Below, piece by piece: positions 24,172 to 34,486 of a DNA stretch of 47,950 bases. Under the pieces are notes generated by a model. That model was not told the origin of the DNA. It saw only the letters and a program-made list of their open reading frames with translations, and did no database searches. Within the stretch, counting starts at the first letter, position 1; the number at the start of each line of letters is the position of its first letter. The translations under genes and the position numbers were made by a program. The DNA lies in the NCBI GenBank assembly GCA_000388065.2, contig KB932209.1; one strand, written 5' to 3'. This DNA comes from Fonticula alba ATCC 38817. Taxonomy: Eukaryota; Protista; Nucleariida.

Positions 24172-26959
24172 ATGGTTTTACCACCTCCCTTGACCATACT
24201 CATTTGGGCCGATGTCAATCGACCGGCCGAGGTGCTGGAGCTGCAGGCCGGCCTGCCGGATGCCCAGCAGAAATTCCTGGACTTCCTCCTCCCCGGTGTC
24301 CTCTACCTTTCGAGGGCCGGCTGCGCCCGCCTGGCCGGACTGGCCGGAGCTCCGGGCCATCCCTCAACAGGCTCAGGCGGGGAGTTCATGCCACTTCTGG
24401 TCAGTCCAAATGGCCAGGACTTTTTCCGCCTCCGGTGCGTTCCCCCTGGCCATCGTCCAAGCATGGGCACATCCCACTTGCCGGCGTGGCGACTGACAAC
24501 ATCCCTCCCCTCCCGACGCCTTCCCCCCCCCTATCCGGGGTGCCTGCTTCTCTGTCGCCCGCTGTCGCTGTCCCTCTCATTCTCTCAGCCCGGCTCCGGA
24601 GGGGTTTCATCCGGAGGATCGCACCGACACCTATGACGTGCTGCTGCACCCGAGCGACCGGACACGCCTCGCAGGGCAGGCGTCGACCGCCCAGCTGACG
24701 GTGGCCAGATCGTGTGGATTGCCGCCCGGCGTTGCGCTGGTTCGATTGGCCATCCAGCTGGAGCGCGGGGTCCAACTCGACGAGTCCACCATCGAGGGGT
24801 TGACCGCTTGCCTGGAGGGCGTCGTCCTACGGGCCGGGCAAATGTACTACCTGCGGAAGTGCCATTTCCTGGTGCAGGAGCTCGTCGATTCCGCCGGGGC
24901 CCTCCTTCGGCAGGGCATCTTCCAGTCGACAATGCCCCCGAACAGCCTGCTGGCCTACACGGCCGTCAGTGCCTATGGCCTGCCGGTGCCCTCGTTGCGG
25001 CCCGCGATCCAGGTCTCGGTGGCCGGCGTGGCTTCCTCACCCGAGCACCTGTGGTTGGCTGTTCTGCCAGCCAGCCGGCCGGCTGGCGGATCGCCCCATC
25101 CCACATTGACCCCATCTCCCTGTGCACCCACCCCGCAAGGTGCCCTTTCGCCGGGCCCGCGGCCCATGGCGGACGCCTTCCTGGCCCCATCGACCCTCCA
25201 AAGGATACAACGCCTGGCCGGGGGGCGTGTGCCTGGCTCGGCCACCGGTGCCTGTCTCTCGACCACACACGAGCCCCTGTCCATCCTGTGCGTGCATCGG
25301 CCTCCCTTCTTCGGGCTTGGGCACTGCCTTCTCCATCGTGTGTGCCGGGTTTCCCATGCTCTGCCTTTCCCTCTCTCCCCCGACACCTTGGCCCCTTCTG
25401 ATGACTCGCCTTCCAAGCCCGGATGGCCGGGTTCCCAGGCAGTCCATTCGCCTGTCACCCAAACTGCAAGCCGCACTCGGCACGGCCAATGCTTCGACCG
25501 GCTTCCGCGGGAAGATTCTCTTCCAGCATCAGCTCCCGGCGGTGGGGTTGTTGGTTCTTTGTCCGACGGGGGCATTCCACCCGGGGCACCTCGATGCGCA
25601 GGCTGCCCCCCCGAGTGTGGAGGCCTCGGTGGAGGCATTTCTCTCGCAGTGCGACGGGCTCTTTGTCCAGCAGGATGACGTACTCGGGCCCTTCTCGCAT
25701 GATTCCCCTGCCTCCTGCCGGGGAGACGAGCTCCCCATCTGACTGGCACTGACCCCTTCTTGCGTCAGATTGTCACTTTGCCCGGGCCGGTTGAGTGCCG
25801 GGTGGTGGAGATGTTCCGGTATCCCTGTCGGCGGCCGCTGGCCAGTGGGCGCCTTGTGCGGTCGACGCCCGGATCGCCGATCTCCGAAGTCGTGGTGCTG
25901 TCCCGGCGGAGTGGAGCCAGTTTGCCGCGCGAGCCCGGGCCCGAGCACCGATCGGAACTCGGCCGCCGGACGCTCCAGCTCCTGTGTCCGGGGGCGGTGC
26001 AGGTGGAGCTGGCCCTGGCCCTGGTGTCGGCGGCCACCATGGCCAGCCCCTGCTCGCCGGGGGAGTGTCTCGCTCCGGCTGGCCTTCTGTCGGGTCTGCA
26101 TGCCGGGCTCCTGGCAGGCGATCTGTTTCTCGCCTCGCCGGATGGCTCGGTTCGCCTGCGCGTCCGGTACGGCCCATCGACCCGCCCTTCCCGGCATGCC
26201 GCCTCCTCCGGGTGCCTTACTCGGGACTGACTGGACTCCTGCCGGAAGCACTTCCGCCTCAGGTGGCACGGATCCGGGAAATCCCAATGCCGGGTCCCTG
26301 ATCATGAGCAGCGTCGATATGGCAGCATTCTTCCCCCCGGGCTGCTCCTTCTTGCAGGCGCCCTTATTGCTCGAGCCTCAGGCCACCCTTCATGTGCGGG
26401 TTTTCCACATGCATGCCTCGCATGCCCCTCTGGACCGGCTGGCTCGGGCCTTCGACGCCTTCGCCGGGCCCATTTGTGTGCAGCAGGTATGGGCTCCTTG
26501 TGGCGACCTTCCCGGCTCTCGCTCCCTCTTTGGCGCCCCCTCGCTTCCTTTTTCTGTTCGCTGTCCTCCTGGTGTGCGAGCTCCAAGGATCTGACCCGGG
26601 CGCCAGATCGTCGAGTTTGAGGATGAGTTTGGCCATGTCAATCGATGCCGAGTACTGGAGTTGTCAGATGAGGCCGGGCGACCGGTGAGGCAATCTACCC
26701 TCCGGCGAGGGGATGCCCGGGTGTTGGTCCTGCAGACCTCCCTCGGGGTGATGAACGGTCAGGCATTTGCCCGACTGCGGCTGCCCGATGACCGGGCTCT
26801 CTGGCTCCGGGGCACCGGCGGTCTGGGGTATGTTCGACGCCCAAGTTCCGAGCCACCGGCGGCGGTCTTGCGTCTTCCCTCGGCAGTGGCTGCCAGTGTT
26901 CTCCCCTCGGCGCTTGTGGAGCCGGCCTTCTTTATGGATTGTGCCCTTGTGCGCGTTGA
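24172..26959 (+). CDS. Multi-exon hypothetical protein, possibly with tandem CDC48/NSF/PEX N-terminal-like domains; 3' end runs into an assembly gap
   Basis: ATG 24172; phase-compatible intron 24435-24588; further coding blocks at about 24589-25330, 25545-25690, 25768-26160, 26262-26486 and 26610-26959. Donor GTATGT at 26960 is followed by a CT-rich intron entering the N gap. Internal exon boundaries are approximate. Confidence 0.6.
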
Positions 26960-27180
26960 GTATGTCTCTTCCTTTCCTTCCTTTCCTTCCTTTCCTTCCT
27001 TCTTTCCCTCTTTCCCTCTTTCCTTCTTTCCTTCTTTCCTTCTTTCCTTCTTTCCTTCTTTCCCTCTCTCTCCCTCTCTCCCTCTCTTCCTCTCTCTTCC
27101 TCTCTCTTCCTCTCTCTCCCTCTCTCTTTCTCTCTCCCTCTCCCTCTCTTCCTCCCTCCCCCTCCCTCTCTCCCTCCCCC

Positions 27181-27835
27181 NNNNNNNNNNNNNNNNNNNN
27201 NNNNNNNNNNNNNNNNNNNNNNNNNNNNNNNNNNNNNNNNNNNNNNNNNNNNNNNNNNNNNNNNNNNNNNNNNNNNNNNNNNNNNNNNNNNNNNNNNNNN
27301 NNNNNNNNNNNNNNNNNNNNNNNNNNNNNNNNNNNNNNNNNNNNNNNNNNNNNNNNNNNNNNNNNNNNNNNNNNNNNNNNNNNNNNNNNNNNNNNNNNNN
27401 NNNNNNNNNNNNNNNNNNNNNNNNNNNNNNNNNNNNNNNNNNNNNNNNNNNNNNNNNNNNNNNNNNNNNNNNNNNNNNNNNNNNNNNNNNNNNNNNNNNN
27501 NNNNNNNNNNNNNNNNNNNNNNNNNNNNNNNNNNNNNNNNNNNNNNNNNNNNNNNNNNNNNNNNNNNNNNNNNNNNNNNNNNNNNNNNNNNNNNNNNNNN
27601 NNNNNNNNNNNNNNNNNNNNNNNNNNNNNNNNNNNNNNNNNNNNNNNNNNNNNNNNNNNNNNNNNNNNNNNNNNNNNNNNNNNNNNNNNNNNNNNNNNNN
27701 NNNNNNNNNNNNNNNNNNNNNNNNNNNNNNNNNNNNNNNNNNNNNNNNNNNNNNNNNNNNNNNNNNNNNNNNNNNNNNNNNNNNNNNNNNNNNNNNNNNN
27801 NNNNNNNNNNNNNNNNNNNNNNNNNNNNNNNNNNN
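27181..27835. other. Assembly gap (655 N) flanked by CT-microsatellite and poly-C
   Basis: Run of N. Confidence 1.
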
Positions 27836-29103
27836 CCCCCCCCCCCCCCCCCCCCCCCGCACCAAGCCTCCAATGGTGGCCGCGTCAAGATGCCGTCCAT
27901 ATGGACGGCATCAGGCCAAGCATCACGAATGTTCGGGGTGATACCCCTCGCGAGGGCCATGCTGTCGGGGACCGACCGGGCGGAGGCCCGCCAGTCGGAG
28001 CAAGGCAGCTGATGCCATTGGCGAAGCCGTTCGACCAAGGGTGGCCCCGATGGAGAAGGTGCTTGCCCGCGCGACTTGAGAAGGGCCCAATGCCTCATGA
28101 TCGCGACCCTGTCGGAGGGCCCTCCAAGGGGGACCGGATGGAGGGGGGCGGCCGGCATGCGGGCTCAACCGGGCGCCCGAGGCCCGCATCCCGACTGGTG
28201 ATGATGGTTTGCTCGAGGGCGAGGGTTCCGAAAAGGGGCGCTGCGACATTTCACCGTCCGGCATGGCGAACGCCAGCAAGAAGGGAGGCCAGGGCTTTGG
28301 AAGCTCTGTGTGCATGCCACGCGACTGGTCTCTGGCGCGAGGCAATCCTCGGTCGATGCGGGTGACACTCGGCGACATCGTTCACCCGAGAGCCTGGTGA
28401 TTCCAAGCAGGGGGATGATCACCGCCGGGTGGTCCGCAGGAATCCGCACCGGACGCGCAGCAAACCCACGATCATTTTCCTATGTCCGACGTGGGCCTCT
28501 TCCCGGACGCCGACCCAGGCACCATGGCCTCGGTCAGCACGCGCGACATCCGGAGGTGCTATGCTTGGCATGGCGAGGCCGGGCAGAGAGGCCTCGGTCC
28601 GATGGCAGCATGATGGACAGGGTACCCCACCGAGGCATCCGTGCACGGCCCTCCCGCATGTGCCCGGGCGCCGAGAGCGGGAACCCGCTCGTCCAGACAC
28701 CGGCCTCCATGCCACTTGCCATGTGGAGGAATGAAGATCCCGCCCCCCGGGCCGAGGATTTGCCAACATCCGGCAGGAAGGGAAGAGAAAAGCGCGATTT
28801 GGCCGTGGGCAGAAGAGGGGGGGGGGGGGGCATCTCGTCCTCCTCCTGTTCCTGGCCCGGTGCCGGAGGTGCCTCGCTAAAGTCCCGCAGTCACCCCGGT
28901 GCCGTCGGGGAGTTGTGGACGCCCTGGACGCGGGACCGATGGTTTTCCCCGCCCGAACGCCGGCCAGGCATTCCCGATCACATCCGTCCTGATGATGGCC
29001 CCTCGACGGGCGCCTGCCTCCAGATGGCAGCCAGCCCCTCCATCCCCCCCTCCCCGCGGCAGGGGTTGATGAGAAGTCCCCCCCTCGAGGAGGGGAGGAA
29101 CAA

Positions 29104-29174
29104 GCGTCGATGGTTTAGTGGTAGAATTGCCGCCTGCCACGCGGTAGACCCGGGTTCGATTCCCGGTCGACGCA
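29104..29174 (+). tRNA. tRNA-Gly(GCC), intact; first cistron of a Gly-Thr pair
   Basis: GCGTCGATGGTTTAGTGGTAGAATTGCCGCCTGCCACGCGGTAGACCCGGGTTCGATTCCCGGTCGACGCA, 71 nt. Confidence 0.95.
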
Positions 29175-29179
29175 GGCCC

Positions 29180-29251
29180 GCTCGTTTAGCTCAGTGGTAG
29201 AGCGCCAGTCTAGTAAACTGGAGGTCGGGTGTTCGATCCACCCAATGAGCA
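29180..29251 (+). tRNA. tRNA-Thr(AGT), 5 nt downstream of tRNA-Gly
   Basis: 72-nt cloverleaf with anticodon arm CCAGT-CTAGTAA-ACTGG; T5 terminator after it and none in the spacer. Confidence 0.95.
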
Positions 29252-29546
29252 CGTTATTTTTGCTTCATTGGCCGCCCACATATAACTGACACGCGCATCG
29301 CCGGCCACCGAAGCTCGGTGAGGCCGGGGCAGGCCCTGCGCTTTTTCCTTCCTCCCGGGGCCCCCCGGCTGCCGGTGTCGAACAATTACTGGCCCAAAAG
29401 ATGGGGCAGCTTTGGCGCGGGCAAGCCTCCGTGGCGCGTGCTGGTCACCGGTGCTTGCCTTGTATCATTTTTGCGAGAAGAAGGTGCATGCCTGTGCCCC
29501 CACATCATCTTGGCGGAGCCTGATCGCGAGTGTGCAAAAATGCAAG

Positions 29547-29618
29547 TGTGGATACCCAGAATCGAACTGGGGCCGAGTGGGCCACAACCACTTATACTAA
29601 CCACTATACGATATCCAC
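29547..29618 (-). tRNA. tRNA-His(GTG)
   Basis: GTGGATATCGTATAGTGGTTAGTATAAGTGGTTGTGGCCCACTCGGCCCCAGTTCGATTCTGGGTATCCACA. G-1 is not encoded, as is usual in eukaryotes; T5 downstream. Confidence 0.93.
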
Positions 29619-30620
29619 ATCACTGGGAGAGCCTCCCTCCAATGGCACTCAAATAAGACGAGGTCACAGTGCCTCGCCATGGTGTGCCTCTCTCCGTCAG
29701 GGAAACCCCGCCAGAGAAGGGGCTTGCCCCGCCGGGAAAGCCGTGTCAGGTGTGGAAAACCAAGCTTGCGCATGCCTGCCCCCGGCAAAAACACATCGGC
29801 CGGGCGGACCGCCGGGAGGTGTTCCCGGCCTTCGCGCGCGCGCAGAACCTCCCCCGTCGGCCTCCAGTCCGACATGGGTCTGCCCGAGGGGGGACAGCGG
29901 CCTCCCCGCTGCCCCCCGATCGGAAGCATGCCACCGGCCCAGATCGCAGCGTGGTCCTTGGTGAGCTCTCGTCCGCGATCCTCGCTGCTTGTGTGGGGTG
30001 CCCTTTGCTCCTGGCCAGATCCCCATACTTGCCAAGGCCTGGGTGCGAATGCCCCGGCTGCGGTAAAAGAAGGCGGCCGGCCTCGCCCGCATGCCTGATG
30101 CTTCGGCATCGCTGCCTATCGTATATTCCTCCCTGGTAGACAAAAAGCCCCGGCAGTTTGCCTACTCACGCGTTGCCCGAACCCTACCCAGGGATCACAT
30201 CGCTGCGTTTGACAAGTGTGAGCCCCGGGCAGGGCTCGTCACAGCCGGCCCTTTACGTGGGGAATAATGCAGCGACCGGGGAGGGAAAGGAACTTGCGAG
30301 TCCCGCTCCTCCACAGATCCCGTTGGTCTGGGGGTTCTGCGCCCTGTTCCGGCATCTTTGACACATTCAGCGTCGGGCTCCCGGTGCCTCTTGCGCGCCG
30401 TCCACAGTCGACGCGGCGGCCCCAGGCGGGGCCCCAGCAGGCGGCCAGGAGAGGACTGATGCGTCCGGAGGGGATGGTGGCGGAGGTCCTGAGGCCGAAG
30501 TGGCGGGGGCAAGGGGGGGGGGGGGGGGGAGAGAGAGAGAGAACAGGGAGGTGCTACTGGGAATCCGCCTTGCGAGCCAGGCCACTTGCCGTGGGCTCAG
30601 TGCTGGTGGGCCCCCGAGCC

Positions 30621-30752
30621 NNNNNNNNNNNNNNNNNNNNNNNNNNNNNNNNNNNNNNNNNNNNNNNNNNNNNNNNNNNNNNNNNNNNNNNNNNNNNNNN
30701 NNNNNNNNNNNNNNNNNNNNNNNNNNNNNNNNNNNNNNNNNNNNNNNNNNNN
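30621..30752. other. Assembly gap (132 N) with duplicated flanks
   Basis: GGTGGCGGAGGTCCTGAGGCCGAAGTGGCGGGGG and GCCGTGGGCTCAGTGCTGGTGGGCCCCCGAGCC occur on both sides of the gap, around a G-homopolymer. Confidence 0.9.
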
Positions 30753-30780
30753 GGTGGCGGAGGTCCTGAGGCCGAAGTGG

Positions 30781-30841
<61 letters not shown>

Positions 30842-30873
30842 ATGCCGAAGGAGCGAGGCCGGGTGCCGTGGGC

Positions 30874-33198
30874 TCAGTGCTGGTGGGCCCCCGAGCCGCT
30901 GGAGGCGGGCCATTGCTCGGTTCCGGTTTTGGACTTCACATCCCAGCCATGTTCCAGGTCGGTCGTCCGGCCATGCGGCCCGGAGGTTAGCCTCAGCACA
31001 TTGGCCAAAGTCGGCTCAGACACTTGGATGGGCGGGTGTACCTTTTGTCCCGGCGACCGGGCCAGGGTGGCGTGCCGACCGGCGTTCAAAGGGCCGACGT
31101 GGTCCCCCGGGCGGATGTCGTGCGATCGCGAAGTCTTCACCTTCCGCGTCACCCGCTGTCGTACCTTCTTCCGACAGGTCACCTGGGCTCCATCCTTGAT
31201 CTCCTCGTGAGATGAGGAGGTCAAGTCGGTGATGGATTCAATGACAGTGCCCGTGGTCGACCGGCCGAGGGCGATGGGCTTGGGCGCGAGGATCCAAGCG
31301 GCGCGCGTGCTATCGCCCGCCCCGGCGGGCCGCTGAGGCACCTTCACAGAGGATGGGTGTGTGGGGCGAGCCTGCGGGGGGTGGTGCTGCACGCTCTTGA
31401 GGGAGCCTGCAGCGCGGCCAGCCGTGTCATTGGATGGTGCCCCATAGGGTGGCCGGCGGTCCAGCATGATGCCCCTTGCGGGCATGGCAGGGCACAGCAT
31501 TCGACCATGGGCCGGGGGGGGCCGCATGGAGTGGACCCCCTCCGGCTGAGCAGGCCGCCGCGGGCCAGGAGCCGGTTTCCGGGTCTTGCCCGGCTGCTGG
31601 TGCTGCGAGCGATTCTTGCCAGCCCGTTGGGCATGGGCAGCCGAAAGCATCCTTGGGGATCTGTCGTCGTCGTCGTCGTCGCCGGGCGTGCCCATCAACG
31701 CCGGCCGAGCAGGGTGTCGCGGCGCCGCCGAAGTAGCCAATCGCGCGCCGACGAAGGGGTCATTTGCCCACAAGGTGCGCAGCCATTCGGCCTCGTCCGC
31801 TGTCCGGCCACGGCGCAATCGGGTGTCATCCAAGTTGTTCATCAGAGTCACGACCTGGTGATCGTGCCGAGTGAGCAGCAGGAAATCAACCTCCCGGATC
31901 ATGTAAAAGGTCCTTTCTGCCACTTGCACACCTCCTTGGGCGAAGGAGGCCAGGTGCCGCGCGGCGGCCTCGTGAGAGAACGCCAGCATGGCCGAGTCCC
32001 GGATCCAGAGCGCAGCATCCAGCAAGTCACCCATGGTTCTGCAGAGGGCCGAGGCGTAGTTCAACAGGTGCTGGAAGATGAGCTGATGACAAATGCGATC
32101 CAGCCCCTCGGAAAGGGTATTGTGGAGGAGCATAATCGTCCCTGGGCTGAGGGTGACATACTGGGTATGGCCCAGTACATGGCTCAGACGAATCAAGGTT
32201 GGACGCAGATGCCCCGAGCTCGAGAGGGCGTCCTGGACAACGTACTTGGCCAGGAAGGCGCGGACGATCGGGTCCGACACCGTCCGGGCAGGCAGCCGTG
32301 GGTCCGGACATGGGTCCCTCTCTTGGGCATTCGGCGGCCCGTTGTTGAGTGTTGCCAGGGCCTCCAGGAGCAAGTACGTGCCCGCCGGGGCGGCCTTCTC
32401 GACCGCTCCAAATGCCCGTGACTTCGCCCGCAAGCCCTGCTGGAACACCATCGACCTCAGGTTGATGTGGTCGCCGATGGTCGGCACCGTGGAATGTGGA
32501 TCCAAAGCGTCGATCCCGGGCTCCATCTCCATGACATAGTCCAGGACCGAGGGATCAATCGAGGTGGGAAGAGTGTGGCCTGCCAGGCGGGCCATGATGG
32601 CGAAGCCGATGTCCCTTCCGTAGGTGGAGTCCATCCTGCGGGCTCGCTCCATGCGCAGACGGCCATCCTCCAGGGCGTCCTCCAGGAAGATGCGTAGGTG
32701 GGCCTTCTGCTCGGCCGAAGCGATATGCTCGATGACCGTGTGGCTGGTCAGCTTACGGGTGAGCAGGAAGGCCAGCGGGATGTCTCGCAGGTGTTCGGGA
32801 AAGGGTATTCCGGAGCTGGTGGTTCGGGCCATCCACTGGGCCCCAGGCGAGTACTTGAGGATCTGCTCGTAGGACAGGGAGATGCTCTCAGCAAGCACCC
32901 CGTCTTCTTGGTGTAGACCGGCGACGAAATAGAGGAAGAGCCGATGTCGCGTCTCGTCCAACCAGGCGGGATCCTCAATGAGGTCCTGGCCGATCGGCAG
33001 TTGGGGCGACCAACTGCACAGAATGACCCGGACTAGCAGTTGAAGGGCGCTCTGGATCGAGGGATGGGGCAAGCGAACAATGAAAAGCGGAGTGGCCACA
33101 CCTGCAAGCGAGAAGAGCCGATCCCACTTGGGCTTCGTGGATGGCAGAGCGGGCCCGTACTTGGGGAAGTCCGGGCCAAGGCCCCCGATCGAGGACAT
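30874..33198 (-). CDS. Intronless hypothetical protein (about 774 aa): helical N-terminal region and disordered basic C-terminal region
   Basis: Long uninterrupted ORF with coding-like composition, ATG at 33198 after a CT-rich leader; no family recognised. Confidence 0.75.
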   Translation of the reverse strand: MSSIGGLGPDFPKYGPALPSTKPKWDRLFSLAGVATPLFIVRLPHPSIQSALQLLVRVILCSWSPQLPIGQDLIEDPAWLDETRHRLFLYFVAGLHQEDGVLAESISLSYEQILKYSPGAQWMARTTSSGIPFPEHLRDIPLAFLLTRKLTSHTVIEHIASAEQKAHLRIFLEDALEDGRLRMERARRMDSTYGRDIGFAIMARLAGHTLPTSIDPSVLDYVMEMEPGIDALDPHSTVPTIGDHINLRSMVFQQGLRAKSRAFGAVEKAAPAGTYLLLEALATLNNGPPNAQERDPCPDPRLPARTVSDPIVRAFLAKYVVQDALSSSGHLRPTLIRLSHVLGHTQYVTLSPGTIMLLHNTLSEGLDRICHQLIFQHLLNYASALCRTMGDLLDAALWIRDSAMLAFSHEAAARHLASFAQGGVQVAERTFYMIREVDFLLLTRHDHQVVTLMNNLDDTRLRRGRTADEAEWLRTLWANDPFVGARLATSAAPRHPARPALMGTPGDDDDDDRSPRMLSAAHAQRAGKNRSQHQQPGKTRKPAPGPRRPAQPEGVHSMRPPPAHGRMLCPAMPARGIMLDRRPPYGAPSNDTAGRAAGSLKSVQHHPPQARPTHPSSVKVPQRPAGAGDSTRAAWILAPKPIALGRSTTGTVIESITDLTSSSHEEIKDGAQVTCRKKVRQRVTRKVKTSRSHDIRPGDHVGPLNAGRHATLARSPGQKVHPPIQVSEPTLANVLRLTSGPHGRTTDLEHGWDVKSKTGTEQWPASSGSGAHQH

Positions 33199-34486
33199 GG
33201 TGGCCTGGGGATGTGTGGGACCATGCACGGTCGACGACGATGGCGACAGTGAGAGGGAGTGTCCGCGGGGATGATCCGAGAGGGCCAGGCGCCTGGGCTG
33301 GGTGGATGTTTCGCGGACTTCGGGGAGAGAGAGAGAGAGAGAGAGAGACGGCGGGGGTGGGGATCGGCGGGAAGCGTGATTTGAAGAAACAGGCAATCGT
33401 GCAAAGTGGGAGGTCCCCCCAAAGTGTCTGTCGTAGCTCTTACGTGCGGATCGCAAGGTTGGGCCAATCGTATCAGGGCCATGTTCCGGGACACGCATGC
33501 CAGAATGCAAATTTCGGATGCGCCCCGGTCGTGCGTGCGGTGCATCGGGTTCCGGACAGGGCTTGCCATAGTGGCCGGCGGTGTCATGTGCCCGTGCTGG
33601 ATATCAGCGGATCGAGCAGAATCCCCGTGCTGGATGGCTTGTTGTGGGGAATGCGGCCGGCTGCCTGGCGGGAGGAATGTGCGGGTGCTCAAAAAGAACC
33701 ATCTACCCACAAGGGAGCGCACGGGCCGCCGATGGATGGCAATACTCCAGAATCGAGTCCAGTCACGTGTGGTAGTTATGAATTTGTAACAACGCATCCG
33801 AGGGGCCACGCCGTCTCCATGAGCTTGGTCTTCTTGCGGGAGGGAGGTCGTACTGGTGTTATGGCGAAGGGGCCAAGTGGCGAGTCTCCCCCCCCCCCCC
33901 GGCCGGATCATCTCCCCGGCGTATCCTGTGTCAACATGCGTGTATGAGCGGGGGGCGGGGGTGTGTGTCTGAGTGCGGGAGTATTACTAGCGTTCACGTT
34001 GGAAAAGGTATGTTCGCATCGCGTGGTTCAGGGGCGGGTCTCGACCTCGGAGCCGAGGCACTCCTAACCATAACCGGTGGTTCCTAAACACCCCGGGCGG
34101 GGTGCGATTTCCCGGCCGGTAACGATGTGCGGCTCCGCCGGCCGGCCAGCACCCGTGCCCCTGGCGCGGGGCCCTCCCTCGGTGGGAGGGGGGTGGGGGG
34201 GGGGGGGGATCACATCCCCGACTGCATGCGCGAGTGAGAGATCTGACGGCGAGCAGGGCCGAGGCCGATAATTTCCGAGTGAAATCGCGTCGCCCAGGTC
34301 CCGGGACCTCTCGCCCCTGGGCAGCCTCTCCGACAACCTCCCCTCCCTTGTTCCTCCTCGTCCACCTCCGCTGCCTGGGCCTTTCCCGTCGCCAGCCTCT
34401 TCTGCCGCTGGCCACTCGCCCGCCCGCCCGCCCGCCCGCCCGCCCGCCCGCCCGCCCGCCCGCTCGGTTGCCCCCCTCTTCCAGGC

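Noticed and set aside
26759-28365. Long ORFs spanning the N gap
   Set aside because: They are open only because of N codons and CT/GA microsatellites.
30753-30840. About 60-nt G homopolymer as a G-quadruplex element
   Set aside because: It sits at a contig end where the overlapping copy reads differently, consistent with low-quality poly-G sequence.
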